Shown here: piece by piece, positions 1-12,450 of the stretch
Layout of the letters: each line of letters starts with the position of its first letter
Numbering within the stretch: the first letter of the stretch is position 1
NCBI GenBank assembly: GCA_032718475.1
Contig: JAUCBJ010001770.1
Location: forward strand, 809-64,808
Length of the DNA stretch: 64,000 nt
Source: Nemertoderma westbladi
Lineage: Eukaryota; Animalia; Xenacoelomorpha
Direction: 5' to 3'
The notes under the pieces: model-generated
Database searches by the model: none
The model's input: the letters and a program-made list of their open reading frames with translations, nothing else
What the model was told of the DNA's origin: nothing
Program-made: the position numbers and the translations under genes

Positions 1-2010
1 CGAAACTTGTTTGACGTATCACCTATGCTCACTCGGCTCTAACGATCCTAGAGTAAACCTACGATCAGAGTCCCGGAATACTCGGTCAAACCTCCTCATT
101 CCTTAGTTGGACCTCAGACCTGCGATCCTGGTGGTGTCGCGGATCCTCGCGGACGGTATTCACTGTTCAAGATCTAGTGCTACCCTAACAATTAATCGGT
201 AACACTCCGACAGTGATTTCTAGCTAGCCGCCCATCTTACCTAGCCGGATTATGACGCAGACACCTAATATCACTATCCAACCGTATGGTCGTCCCGTTT
301 AACGCGATACAACCCTTCATCAAGGTGAAGGAGAGCGTTGTACGAAACGAGTTAAACGCTATTCTATAAAGATCAAAAAAGAAACCTGCGTTTGTTCAGA
401 TAAACGTAAGTTATAACAGTAAGTCCAATCGATAAACGAATTGGCCTTATCTCAGTTCGATTGGGAAACCTCGAATCTCAAAGAAGATATCAAGCTTAGA
501 AAACCCTATTCTCTGCGAGAGTTTTGGACGAACGTATCCCATGACAAGCGGAGGAAAATCAGCTCGAGGAGAAGCATATCGAAATGGACGAGACACCGAC
601 CGTAAACCCAAACCTTTTAATGCAATCATATTGCACCCTTCACCCAGGAGTTATGGCCCTCCTAGTAAAGTGGCTTCCCCCAAAGAGAAAATGACTCTTG
701 CTAGCTTTAAAAAACTGCGTAAACGCCGTCCGCGCAAGAAAGACTAACTGTTTAGAGTATTTATGTATATTAGAAATTGTGATTTTGTATATTTTATAGA
801 CTTAAATCCCATTTTCTGGGAGCGGTGTAAAAGCTTTTGTGGGATAACTGATTCGTTTGCCTTGCTAACCAGTTCCCCCCCAGTCGCTGAATACTCTAAA
901 AGGGGATCTATAACTCGAATAGCGCAAGCTACCAGCTTATTGGCTGATTTGCTGTACGCAGGTATCTGGGCTCTGTTTAATCGGCCAACCAGCCTAGGAA
1001 GGTTGCGTCATAGCCTTGTTTTTGTATCTCCCAATAGAATTTGAGTTAGCCTTGATTTTGACCTATCACAGAGCTACTGAACTGAAATTTTCCTATCTCA
1101 CTGCTCTTTCTCTGTGTTGAACGGGAGCTTCGTGGAATAAGGGTAGTTGGTATCCTCGTATAGAGTAGTAGTCACGAGTTTTTCAAAGCCACGAAAGAAC
1201 GGCTTTGTAGTGTTTTGTGCTTTCTGCTTTTTAGCTCAACACTAGTAGGTTTAATTATAAGGACATATATCCTTTAACTGCCTGTGAATATCACTGCTTT
1301 TAATCACTGCTAACTGCTAAAATTACCTGCTCAATCAATACTGTATACTGCTATTTGTTGTCGGTTATTCATTATATTGGTTGATGAATTATTATATTGG
1401 AATAACGAGAAATAACCCCGAAAACCCAATATTCTTGATATACCGAAGGTAAGAGAGAAAGGTTACCAATAACGATTGTGACTTATGTTAAAGTGGTTTG
1501 AAGTGAATCTAATGTTATTTGATAGACCCTACATGAGTCAGTCTGTGTTCCTTTTATATGTGACTAAAATCAGTGAAGATTGGCAGATTAGTGTGCAGTA
1601 TTGTGCAGCATTGTGTATGAGTGAGTCTGTTAAAGAAGCAATTCCTAAAGAATGCGCCATATATGTGAATTATAATTAAGCCATATCGTTGTGAGTAGTT
1701 TAAGTCATAACTCTGTTTATATAGATAAAGCGCCACGTCCTAAAGGAACTGTTAATATTCCCGAAGGTGAATAATATTGTCAGAGATTATATAATACTGT
1801 CAGTCGAATAATACATTAGGCTTACATAGCAATAAAATTAAGCCGTCGAACCCAATCTCCCGGGAATATCCAGCGGGTGAATGATCGCGCACAGATTGGT
1901 TTCGACTAGTGTAGTGAATCAAATACTTGTCATAGGCTAAAAAGCGATTTAATATCTAGAAGACATCTTAATTTGGCGGGTTAAACTGCCAAAGGTCTGA
2001 AAGCGCGAAC

Positions 2011-2530
2011 AATTGTTATTATGTACTATTGTTATTATGTATTATTGTTATTATGTATTATTGTTATTATGTATTATTGTTATTATGTATTATTGTTATT
2101 ATGTATTATTGTTATTATGTATTATTGTTATTGTTATTATGTATTATTGTTATTATGTATTATTGTTATTATGTATTATTGTTATTATGTATTATTGTTA
2201 TTATGTATTATTGTTATTATGTATTATTGTTATTATGTATTATTGTTATTATGTATTATTGTTATTATGTATTATTGTTATTATGTATTATTGTTATTAT
2301 GTATTATTGTTATTATGTATTATTGTTATTATGTATTATTGTTATTATGTATTATTGTTATTATGTATTATTGTTATTATGTATTATTGTTATTATGTAT
2401 TATTGTTATTATGTATTATTGTTATTATGTATTATTGTTATTATGTATTATTGTTATTATGTATTATTGTTATTATGTATTATTGTTATTATGTATTATT
2501 GTTATTATGTATTATTGTATTATTATTGTT
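2011..2530. repeat. 16-bp minisatellite (ATTGTTATTATGTATT)n, ~32 copies
   Basis: Near-perfect tandem unit. It has no stop codon in any + frame, which explains the three spurious 16-aa-periodic ORFs. Confidence 0.97.
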
Positions 2531-2686
2531 ACGCGGGGACAAAGTGGTTGGACAACTACCGGTACCTAGGATATTAACCCTTCATTCATGATAGTGTTAC
2601 GGTTTTAAATAACCACCTAATTCACTTAATGTAATTTGATTTTGCCTCGAAAATAGTTGTATGTTTTCTATTGGATAATACTTCCA

Positions 2687-2996
2687 GACTTTTTGGTCGA
2701 CCAAAAAACTTTTTGGTCGACCAAAAAGTCGACTTATTGGTCGACCAAAAAGTACTTTTTGGTCGACCAATAAGTCGACTTTTTGGTCGTACCAAAAAGT
2801 ACTTTTGGTCGACCAAAAACTACTTTTTGGTCGACCAAAAAGTCGACTTATTGGTCGACCAAAAAGTCGACTTTTTGGTCGACCAAAAAGTACTTTTTGG
2901 TCGACCAAAAACTACTTTTTGGTCGACCAAAAAGTCGACTTATTGGTCGACCAAAAAGTCGACCAAAAAGTACTTTTTGGTCGACCAAAAAGTCGC
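2687..2996. repeat. Self-complementary satellite built from TTGGTCGACCAA palindromes with palindromic linkers
   Basis: About 12 copies of GGTCGACC at ~22-24 bp spacing, joined by AAGTCGACTT / AAGTACTT. The same peptide words appear in ORFs on both strands. Confidence 0.95.
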
Positions 2997-4318
2997 TTAA
3001 AAAAAAAAATAAAAAAAAAGTATTAAGTGGCACAATTCAGCCACCGTACTAAACAGATTAAAGTTGTACTGTAGTTTCCTCACAGTTACTGTAGGATGTT
3101 TTGAACTCTTTAACATTTAATACAAGCAGTAGTACCATCGTCATGCAGTGCTTCGTACAAGGTGATATTATCCGACTACATTGTAGGGTGGCTAAATTAT
3201 GCCAATTATTACTTTTTTCTGCAATTTTAGATATTATTATATTAATTATTGGTTCACCAAAAATTATTTATTGGAGTGTCGTTAATCATGTAGCTGAAGT
3301 ACCTTGTTCAGTACCCACCTACTGATACTGACCATCTGCAAAATGTACCAGTACTAGTACAGTACCAGTACACGAACCTACTACTGACCTTCTACAGAAT
3401 GCACCACATACACGCATTTACACCCCGACACTACAAATATTTCTACACACATCTACCTACTGACCCTCTACTTGGCTAGGCTTATTGTTGGTTATGGTCT
3501 GGCTGTGGGTGGCCCCATCATGTTTTCTTTTCTTCAGTAACTTTATCCACCATGAATTGTTTGTTGTTAGAGTAATACTGTACTGTATATACCACTGCTC
3601 CTCCTCTTATTGGCTAATTACTGCTAATTACTGCAGAGGCTAATCGCTACGAACAAAATAACGACAACTAATGTGCCTTTTTCACATAATGATAAAGTAC
3701 ATTTACATTATCAGCTTGTCAAGAGTGTTCTGAACTTTTCTGATGGCTGAATTAATCACTTAGTCATATCACCCACCCCACCCCACCCCACCGGCAGACT
3801 TTCACACTACAAAGCACACTCCAGTCCAGTCTGCCAGTAGGCAGGCCTACAGTACTATTGTTCTAACAGCAGTACAGTACCGGTGTCGCAGGGGGTCTTC
3901 AGCCCACTGGGTGGTGAAAATGCGGGGAGGAATAGCGCAATATGCCCCACCGTGCATTTTCACCACAGGCAGACAGGTAATGTCCGAAATTCTACAAAAT
4001 TTCTTAGCCTCATGACCATTGGACTTAGTTTTAGCTGCTGGGGACACTGCGACATGACAGTATTAATTGGTTTAGGCCTAATCAATTTAAATTTGGATTT
4101 CGGGCCTCTATTCTTGAAATCTGGGGTGAAAAATTATTTGGTCAGCCGAGGGGGCTAGGCTAGAATGGCCGGGGGGACATGTTTACGGGGGGGGGGAATG
4201 AATCCGCATAACCGCCTGTGACCACGGCTAGACGGTGCAGATCCATTTTCAATTTCAAAATCCAATTCAACAGTTATACTGTAGCATTACTGATCAAACT
4301 GTTCTAGATTCAACCGAA

Positions 4319-5293
4319 ATGTCTCAGCAACTGTTAATCAGAGATGTCCTGATTTCTACAATATGCGCCACTGTAGTTGGTTTCTTCAACGCTGCGAGAG
4401 GCTTTATGGCGAAACTATCCACGAATATCGGGATGTTGCAGACGATAGCGGGGATCATTCGCGTCGGGACATCTACGAGTTGTTGGATTAGTAGCTCGGA
4501 GACGGTTCAATCTACCCGGTTGTCACTCCTGCATAATAGGAACGCGGGATGGCTGGCCTTGTTGACTCTATTTACGTTTTTGGGTATATGTTCGGTAACG
4601 ATAGCGGTTAGGTTGGCGCCGTTAGTAGATGTTTTCTCAATCATCGGTATTTATCCGATCCTCACTCTAATATTCGGACATTTGATTCTTAACGAAAAAA
4701 TGGGTTGGATTGGATGGACATCTGCTGTTACTGCCGCAGTCGGTGTTGTATTTGTTTGCCAACCCGTGTTTATATTCGGTGAGAGGGACTCTGTCTTGTA
4801 TCCATTAGTTTGGTTAGGATATATATTATCAGTTGTGCGCGCTCTAGGGCAGTCCGGACGAACAATCGCCACTCGAGTTATGGCCAAAAAACTCCACCCG
4901 TCTCTGGCAAATTTTCTTACGGGGATTTCCGATCTCTCCACAGGAATAGCTTGTCTAATTTATCAACGCGACACAGAAATGCCCTGCAATTTCCAACGTC
5001 TACTACCACTTATATTAGCTGCTTCAACTACACTCGTAACTATCTTATTGTTTACCTCTCTTAAATTCCAGAAAGCGGCTGTAGTTGATGCGTTACGGTC
5101 GTCTAGTATACTTTTTGCTTTGGGTTTCCAAAACATATTTTTCAAACGAGATGTTCTTACGTGGAAAGCGATTCTGGGAATGTGTTTGATAATTTTATGT
5201 CAAATTTTAATGTTTGTGTCAAAATTATGTAAACAAGGACGCAATCCAGCGTCAGAAGTTGTCACACTAAAAGAACCCAGTACAGTGCAATAA
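4319..5293 (+). CDS. EamA/DMT-superfamily membrane transporter, SLC35G-like, single coding exon (324 aa)
   Basis: First ATG in the 4235-5293 ORF is at 4319. About 9-10 hydrophobic segments and EamA-type motifs (YPILTLIFGHLILNEKMG; GVVFVCQPVFIFG; LKFQKAAVVDALRSSSILFALGFQ; ILGMCLII). AATAAA overlaps the stop. Confidence 0.85.
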   Translation: MSQQLLIRDVLISTICATVVGFFNAARGFMAKLSTNIGMLQTIAGIIRVGTSTSCWISSSETVQSTRLSLLHNRNAGWLALLTLFTFLGICSVTIAVRLAPLVDVFSIIGIYPILTLIFGHLILNEKMGWIGWTSAVTAAVGVVFVCQPVFIFGERDSVLYPLVWLGYILSVVRALGQSGRTIATRVMAKKLHPSLANFLTGISDLSTGIACLIYQRDTEMPCNFQRLLPLILAASTTLVTILLFTSLKFQKAAVVDALRSSSILFALGFQNIFFKRDVLTWKAILGMCLIILCQILMFVSKLCKQGRNPASEVVTLKEPSTVQ

Positions 5294-5783
5294 AATAATT
5301 ATATATTTACATTAATTATATTGTTGTATGCCACAATTTTATTATTACCGTTAAGACGATTCGCGAGATATTGTACAGTTGAATGACGAAGAAATATATT
5401 AATGGTAAATTGTGTGCCGTCGGCCGTCAGGAAGCCGTTTAATTTTTATTTAATACTTTTTTAAATATTTTACTAGATCTTTGGATTATCAAAAAATATG
5501 AATGTCACATTTTATCTCTGCGTTTATACTGTAGGTCGTATTTGGATATTTTTACCTTGCTATTTTGACAACAAAAAAGCAAACCAAAACTCAAAAGAGC
5601 CAATGCCACCACTAAGCCCGATAAATTAATCGCAATATATTACACAGGAATCAATTCCACAAATATTGTACCTTTATTGAAGATAAATACTAAATTGTTG
5701 TTAGCTAATTAAATAGTTAGTAACTGGTTTTCCAATTTAGGTACATTTTATTGATTTCGGCAGCTATATTGTGTGGTGCACAT

Positions 5784-6653
5784 TAGGGATGCGACAGAGC
5801 TAAAATTTCACCCGGAGCCGGAGCCCGCATGTTCCTCCGGCTTACAACATGAGCTCCGGCCGGAGCCGGAGGTATGGTGATTTGCCACATCCTACTGGTT
5901 ATTAATAGCTATGCCCCCGCCTACCGGTAGGTAATGCAGTAGGCCTATCTGGCTGTCAGGCAAATTTCCACCTATTGTTTACGTGGTAACCAATGACGGC
6001 GTTAAGTAATGTACACTAAGGGGACATTACTTTTAACGGATAACACCAAATACAATACTAAATGTACAGGCCAATACAATGCTATAAATAATGTCCTCTA
6101 AAGTTGTAAAGTGCTAAATAACAACTCGCTGTTAATACTAACGGCGTTGAGTAATGTTACAATTTTGGAATAAAAATTATTATTACATAAATTGAATAAA
6201 CATATAGTTCTATAATATAAAATAGTTCTAGAAATTATAAGTATTTAAACTGATTATTTCATACAAATGAACAGCACCCGCCTGGGGGGGGGGGGGGGGG
6301 GGGGGGGGGGGGTCAGTGGAATTGGGGTTCTAGGCTGACGAACGAAACGATAGTACATGTATTTAAGATTTTTTAATTAGGGAAGAATATTATATAATTT
6401 AATTAACTGAATCATTTTAATGTGGGGGTTTATCAGGAAACTTTAAAAAACAGGATGTAAATTACTTAATGAGTTATTATGTTAATTACTAATGGTATTT
6501 ACATTATTCATACATCAGAAAAACTTATTATTTTAATTCAAATTTAAATAACATAAGCTCCGTATATGCTCCGGGTTAATTTGCTCGGAGCCGGAACTAG
6601 AAAATTTGCCCGGAGCTCCAGATTTCCGGAGCCGGAGCTCTGTCGCATCCCTA
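5784..6653. mobile_element. hAT-type MITE (870 bp)
   Basis: TIRs TAGGGATGCGACAGAGCT / AGCTCTGTCGCATCCCTA. Perfect 8-bp TSD GTGCACAT (5776-5783, 6654-6661). Subterminal CCGGAG(C) repeats at both ends. No ORF. Confidence 0.93.
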
Positions 6654-8262
6654 GTGCACATCTATTGTACACAGAGTTAAGTGATATTGGTGTCTAGGTT
6701 AATGGGTACGGCTGTTCTGTTTCTACAATAAAGTTAAACATATCGGTATGTATGTTGGTATTGCAATTTGTATATACGTTTTATTTTTAGATTATATTTG
6801 TAGAAATGCAATAAATTACTGATTATGATTTTAAATTGTATTGTTTACCTATCTACATTTTTGGACCACCTAAAAATTATCAGAAGGAAGGAGGGATGGC
6901 GATGGGGTGTGCTGATGCTATTATTCAATCATTTCGAGAATGTTACCTTATTACGTCTTTATTCAAACATTTACCGACTCTCCTACCGTACCTACCGTGG
7001 ATTTCAACGACCAAACATAATATTGGGCGGGGGTGTCGGTGTGTGTGTATCATACCCCCGTATCGGGCGTTGTCATCCTCCTCACAAAGTTAACTGTTTC
7101 GAATACTTTTACAGAATATCGAAATGGGATCCCGTGATGTTTGCTGGATGAATTATTTTCCGCATCCCAACTCAACTGGACCAAACGCGGTATGAAGATT
7201 GTACCTAACTTTACTTTGGTAAGAGTGTGCAGTGAGCAGATGAAGCTTATTCTTGATTGGCTGCGCGGCTTAACAAGGCCGCCCTTTAACTAATAACAAT
7301 GCCCGCCTATCGCTTAATCCTATTTGTCCATTAATTTGTCAAAAGATAAAAGAATCATTACCAGTAATCAAACTTACAGAAGAAAAACTGCGTGATAGAG
7401 ACGAATTAAAATTAATTTAATTTGTTGGGAAAAGTTATCGATATTGAATCTATTAGGTGAGTGTAAGTGACCATAACTTCTGCGATATACAGTTATTTGT
7501 TAGCGCAATCATCGTTTTGACTTAATTTATTTTCAATTTATTCAATTTGCGCTAAATAAATTAAATGATTGAGTCTTTTAATGCGCGCTTTTGCAACATA
7601 ATTACCTCTGCAGGACCAAAAGACATGGTTTCCGTATCCGTACATTATATAATGCATGCCAAACAGAGGCGGTTGGTCAATCAATTAATCTACTTTACTG
7701 ACTATTACAATGTGGATAAAACCAATGTATATTAGATAATGTAATTATACAATGTATAATAAATCATTAATTAGTAATTTAGTGCGCCTTATTACGCTTT
7801 CCTTGGTTTGTTACCTTGGTTTGTGCGCCCACAGAAACAGTTTATAAATGAAAATAATTCGCGATTCAACTGCAACAATGAAAGATTTGTTATAATTCGC
7901 GGGACCACTTATTCGACAGTAAATATTTATTGAGCAACATATTTCGGATACCATTACTGCTATTCCATGGTTGTAAAATAGCAAATTTCAAAATGATTAT
8001 GGGAAATCCACCATTATAGAATATGCTAACTTTATAATAATTTAGATATTTTATTGTTTTTAAGTATTAAAATCGACTTTACTACGGAAAATATGTCTAT
8101 AATTTTTTGTGCATTTTTATTGGAGGATCAAAAAGACTAAATTTGTGAATTCAAAACTATGGTTCACTTATTATTGAGAATAAAGCATGTATGGATATTT
8201 GTTAAATATCCGGTTAGGTTTGTAATTTTTCATAATTAACTTATTCTAGAAACGGTGACGGA

Positions 8263-8496
8263 ATGGAACCGGCTAACATAACAATGGAAGATAAGTCATC
8301 GCACTACAAGATTGAAGACGAGGGCGGTGTGAGTGACAGCGACGATAAAGCCAATAAACCAAAGAGACACCGAACGCGTTTCACACCAGCACAGCTAAAT
8401 GAATTAGAACGATGTTTCACAAAGACTCACTATCCAGATATATTTATGAGGGAAGAGTTGGCTGTTAGAATCGGTCTTACTGAGTCGAGAGTTCAG
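8263..8496 (+). CDS. otp: Orthopedia coding exon A (N-terminus and homeodomain residues 1-46)
   Basis: [45 protein letters not shown] is the Otp homeodomain. Donor CAG|GTTAGT at the canonical PRD-class Q46/V47 intron position. An acceptor-like TTCTAG at 8244-8249 suggests an unidentified upstream exon. Confidence 0.95.
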
Positions 8497-8516
8497 GTTA
8501 GTTGTAGCCGATGTGG

Positions 8517-9292
8517 GTCGGGGTAGATCAGTGATAGGAGAGCTTACACGAGTCGGGGTAGGTCAGTGATTGGGGAGCTTACATGAGTCGGGGTAGGTCA
8601 GTGATTGGAGAGCTTACACGAGTCGGCAGTCGGGGTAGGTCAGTGAATGGGGAGCTTACATGAGTCGGGAAGGTCAGTGATTGGAGAGCTTACACGAGTA
8701 GGGATAGGTCAGTGATTGGAGAGCTTACACGAGTTGGGGTAGGTCATTGTTTGGAGAGCTTACACGAGTCGGGGTTGGTCAGTGATTGGAGAGCTTACAC
8801 GAGTCGGGAAGGTCAGTGATTGGAGAGCTTACACGAGTAGGGATAGGTCAGTGATTGGAGAGCTTACACGAGTCGGGGTAGGTCAGTGATTGGAGAGCTC
8901 ACACGAGTCGGGGTAGGTCAGTGATTGGAGAACTTACACGAGTTGGGGTAGGTCAGTGATTGGAGAGCTTACATGAGTCGGGGTCGGTCAGTGATTGGAG
9001 AGCTTACACGAGTCGGGGTAGGTCATTGATTGGAGAGCTTACACGAGTCGGGGTTGGTCAGTGATTGGAGAGCTTACACGAGTCAGGGTAGGTCAGTGAT
9101 TGGAGAGCTTACACGAGTCGGGTAGGTCAGTGATTGGAAAGCTTACACGAGTCGGCAGTCGGGGTAGGTCAGTCAATGGGGAGCTTAAACCAGTCGGGGT
9201 AGGTAAGTGATTGGAGAGCTTACACGAGTCGGGGTAGGTCAGTGATTGGAGAGCTTACACGAGTCGGGGTAGGTCAGGGGGTAGGTCAGTGA
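8517..9292. repeat. 35-bp minisatellite (GAGTCGGGGTAGGTCAGTGATTGGAGAGCTTACAC)n, ~22 copies, in the otp homeobox intron
   Basis: Tandem unit with 35-bp period, starting ~20 bp after the splice donor. Confidence 0.95.
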
Positions 9293-9539
9293 TCTTGTGG
9301 TCAGTGGTCAGTGGGTAGTGAGCTTAAATGGGTTAGGGAGGTTCGGTGTTTGATGATTGTTAATTAATTGTAACTATTCAGCTACAATAACAACCGTTTC
9401 ACTTATTGTGCTGTTTAGAACTTGTTAATGTTAATAATAACTTACTCAAACCGGATAACGATACTGAAATATATAAACCACAGATATTTCCGGTTTTATC
9501 GATCATTCCAATAATGGCTATACGGACTTCCGTCATACG

Positions 9540-10485
9540 GGGTTCCGGGACTATTTCCTCTGACTTTTTGTCCCGGACATTTTTCGTTCCGGTGTTTTCG
9601 TCCAGGACCTTTTATCCCGGACTATTTTTGCCCGTTTTGGTATAAAAAGTGTTCTGGAATATGTTCGATATTATTTCTTATTCAAGTTCTAGAACTAATA
9701 TTTTTTGTTCTAGGTATTTAAAAAATCTGGATTGCATTTAAAACGCATTGCAGATAGTTCTAAAACAACTCGTTTAAAATCATTGTAAAATGAGTCTTCT
9801 AATCTGTTGAAAACATTACCGCTAACGGAAGTGAAATTTTCGAAAATTTATAAAATTTCCAAAAAATAAATTTTTTATCTGTTTTTGTAGTTTGATAGAA
9901 GGGCTTTCATGTGCTGACATCGGTTTTCAACATTAAATTATTTTTTGACCACAAAACTGCAATTTTCAGCAACAGCATTTGATATAGCATTTGAACATTG
10001 GAACAGCATTTGAAATATTTGATTCCCAAAATATAGACCGAACATACTCAAACCACCATAAATTTTTCAAAACCAATAATTTTATGATGAAATTTTCATA
10101 GAAGATGACCTACATATCTAGGTCTATTTTGCCAAAGTCTTGGGTCAAGAACTTCAACCCAGCTGGTATTACAGATCCTTAAGCATGAAAATTTATACAA
10201 TTTTTGATAAAACCGACCTGCACAAAAGTGCAATATTTTTCGAACAAACGGGTTTAAGAAGCTATCCATACTCAGTTTTCTTAAAGATTACAGTTCATTG
10301 TGTTAAAATTTCAGAGTTGTAGCTTTATAAAAAAAAATAGATTTGGGGTAATAGTCCCTTTAAGTTAGCTAGTGTTTGTTTTAAGTTAGTTAGTTAGTTT
10401 TGTTTCGTGGAGATGTACAGGCGATATATCTGGGACGAATAGTCCGTCCGGGGACGAAAAGTCCCGAGACGAAACGTCCTAGATT
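9540..10485. mobile_element. Degenerate MITE-like element with inverted subterminal repeats
   Basis: TTTTCGTCC/CCCGGAC motifs at 9545-9630 mirror GGGACGAAAAGTCCC motifs at 10430-10480. Exact termini and TSD not resolved. Confidence 0.4.
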
Positions 10486-10767
10486 TCAAAAATGATCTGA
10501 TATGTGGTGAATGTTGAACTAACAACTAAATAGTCAAAGGGTCGAAAAGACATCTCCAAGGAGAAGCGACACTGTCAAAGTGTCAAACAATAATAAGGGA
10601 AAGGAACAAGTTATCGAGGCTGCATTTTTTAACCAAAACAATAGACGACGTTAATGCAAATTGAGGGACAGGAGCAGGTTACAGAGACGGCTTTTTCTAA
10701 CCAAAACAATAAACGACGTTGTTAACAATTGAGGGAAAAGTGTATGATAATAAAATTAAAACTACAC

Positions 10768-10848
10768 CTCTTTCGACCCGTTGACTCTTTCGACCCGTTG
10801 ACTCTTTCGACCCGTTGACTCTTTCTACTCTTTGTCTCTTTCGACCAT
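10768..10848. repeat. 17-bp tandem repeat (CTCTTTCGACCCGTTGA), ~4 copies
   Basis: Seen directly. An inverted partial copy (GGGTCGAAAAGA) lies near 10538. Confidence 0.8.
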
Positions 10849-12215
10849 GTGACAGAGTGGATAAAATAGTACGTACAGTATGACACTTCATTGTGCTAAA
10901 GAATATCAAACGTTGTGAAATGTTGGGAATGGGTGTTGGCGTTTGGGTTTTCATGGGCATGGCATGACATATTAACAGACTGTTAACTCAGGTACGACTG
11001 TCGACGGTGACAGTCAGATACTATCTCGCACATCAACAGGCTCGTTCATCAATGGAATTGAACTAGTCGCGCATAAAAATATCGTGTTTTCCAGTTTTAG
11101 TGTGTTACTACTTTGTTACTATATATCCCTTTTATTTCTTGGTAGAATTTTGAGAACTTTACATAACTAACGGCTAATTTTCGCAGCTTGTGCGGCCGTA
11201 CCTCCATGCGGAGCGCAGCCCTTTGTTGATCCTCCCTCCCAACAAAATCCTTCCATTTATTGACATAACCAGTTCCCACTAACGCAACCGTCATTGTCCC
11301 TAGATTCATATCTATTTTATTCGTCTCGGATTGGCAATCATTTGTTTTCCGTGTAGCTGGAGAGCGTTTTTTGCCTTTGACAAGGGCCGTGTGCACGCGT
11401 TAAGAGTCACGATTACCGGCGAGTAATAAAGAATAACCACAGGGTGTTACATTGAATTCAGGCAGTTAAAGGGCGCTATCTAACACTGGTCCGGGCAACC
11501 CACTCCACCCTTTGTATCAATGCATAACTTAATAAACGAAATATTAAGTTATATTGTGCATGAGATCTGGTTTATTATGCAGCTTTCAACTTCGGTAATT
11601 ACTGGCGGGCTATAATAACGTTATTTTGGGCGCAACAAAACGGATTTTTGGTTTCCTGAGATGTAAATAATGACGGTGTGAACGAATAGCGAGCAGAATC
11701 CTTCTGGCATCATTAGGATTGATTTTGGTTTCCTGTTTGACGGTCTTAATAGTTCCTTTTGGCTTCGCATGGTAACGGAAGTACTGCTGTTGGTGGCTTG
11801 TGCTTCATCAGCATACATTACTGCGTGGCAGTTTATAGGCTAATTGATTCAACGCTACTCATGCATATATGTTAATTGCTCCATTTACTGTTTATTGTAT
11901 AACATAACAGTTGTTTATCGGGTGGGGAGGAAGGATGACTCGTGCGATGCTCTATTTATTTAGGGACTTATTTTGGTAATTGGTGGAGTAACAAATTTGT
12001 AAACATTTACTTTCGTAGCAATAAAATTAATTCTATAGGATAAGTAGGTGATAACTAATTTCATTTTTATAATGGTCTCCAACCAAAGCATTTCTCTGTC
12101 CAACTGCATGTGTCACTTTTTGGTTTATGAATTTTTATAGCGAATTATTTACTTTCGTTTTAAATTATATACATTGTCTAATCACCTATTATATATCTAA
12201 CAAATTCTTATCCAT

Positions 12216-12450
12216 GTGCCGTGTGGTTTGTTTGAACGCAGGGCCTGCAATCTATTGGTTGTAGGTTCAGCCCCGCCAGGATCCACTCAGCCTCTCATCC
12301 ACTGGGGTCGACAAAATGAGTACCAGTTAAATAACTGGGGAGCAAATCTTGGCCTAGGAGTAGCGCCCACCCCTACCCTCGGGTAGCAGCTATCGAAAGA
12401 GGAGCCTTCGGGTCGCCTCCGACTTTTACCGACTGCTTGCTTTGCTTTGT
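12216..12450 (+). mobile_element. tRNA-derived SINE with Nin/Deu-like core
   Basis: Degenerate A/B boxes (GGTTCAGCCCC), core ACTCAGCCTCTCATCC...GGTCGACAAAATGAGTACCAG, 3' hairpin and (TTGCT) tail. Core family assignment is from memory. Confidence 0.65.

Noticed and set aside
1-1480. Possible 3' end/LTR of an LTR retrotransposon and short basic ORFs (541-747, 763-1044)
   Set aside because: No recognisable domain, no second LTR and no clear PPT or PBS in the window.
2013-3052. Overlapping ORFs of 61-192 aa on both strands
   Set aside because: Artefacts of stop-free tandem and palindromic repeats.
7190-7470. Candidate upstream otp exon/promoter (GTAAGA at ~7219, GTGAGT at ~7457, ATTGG at ~7257, TAATCC)
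   Set aside because: No phase-compatible conserved coding exon found; cannot be resolved without transcripts.
8517-9292. CRISPR-like 35-bp periodicity
   Set aside because: Head-to-tail units with no unique spacers, no cas genes, eukaryotic context.
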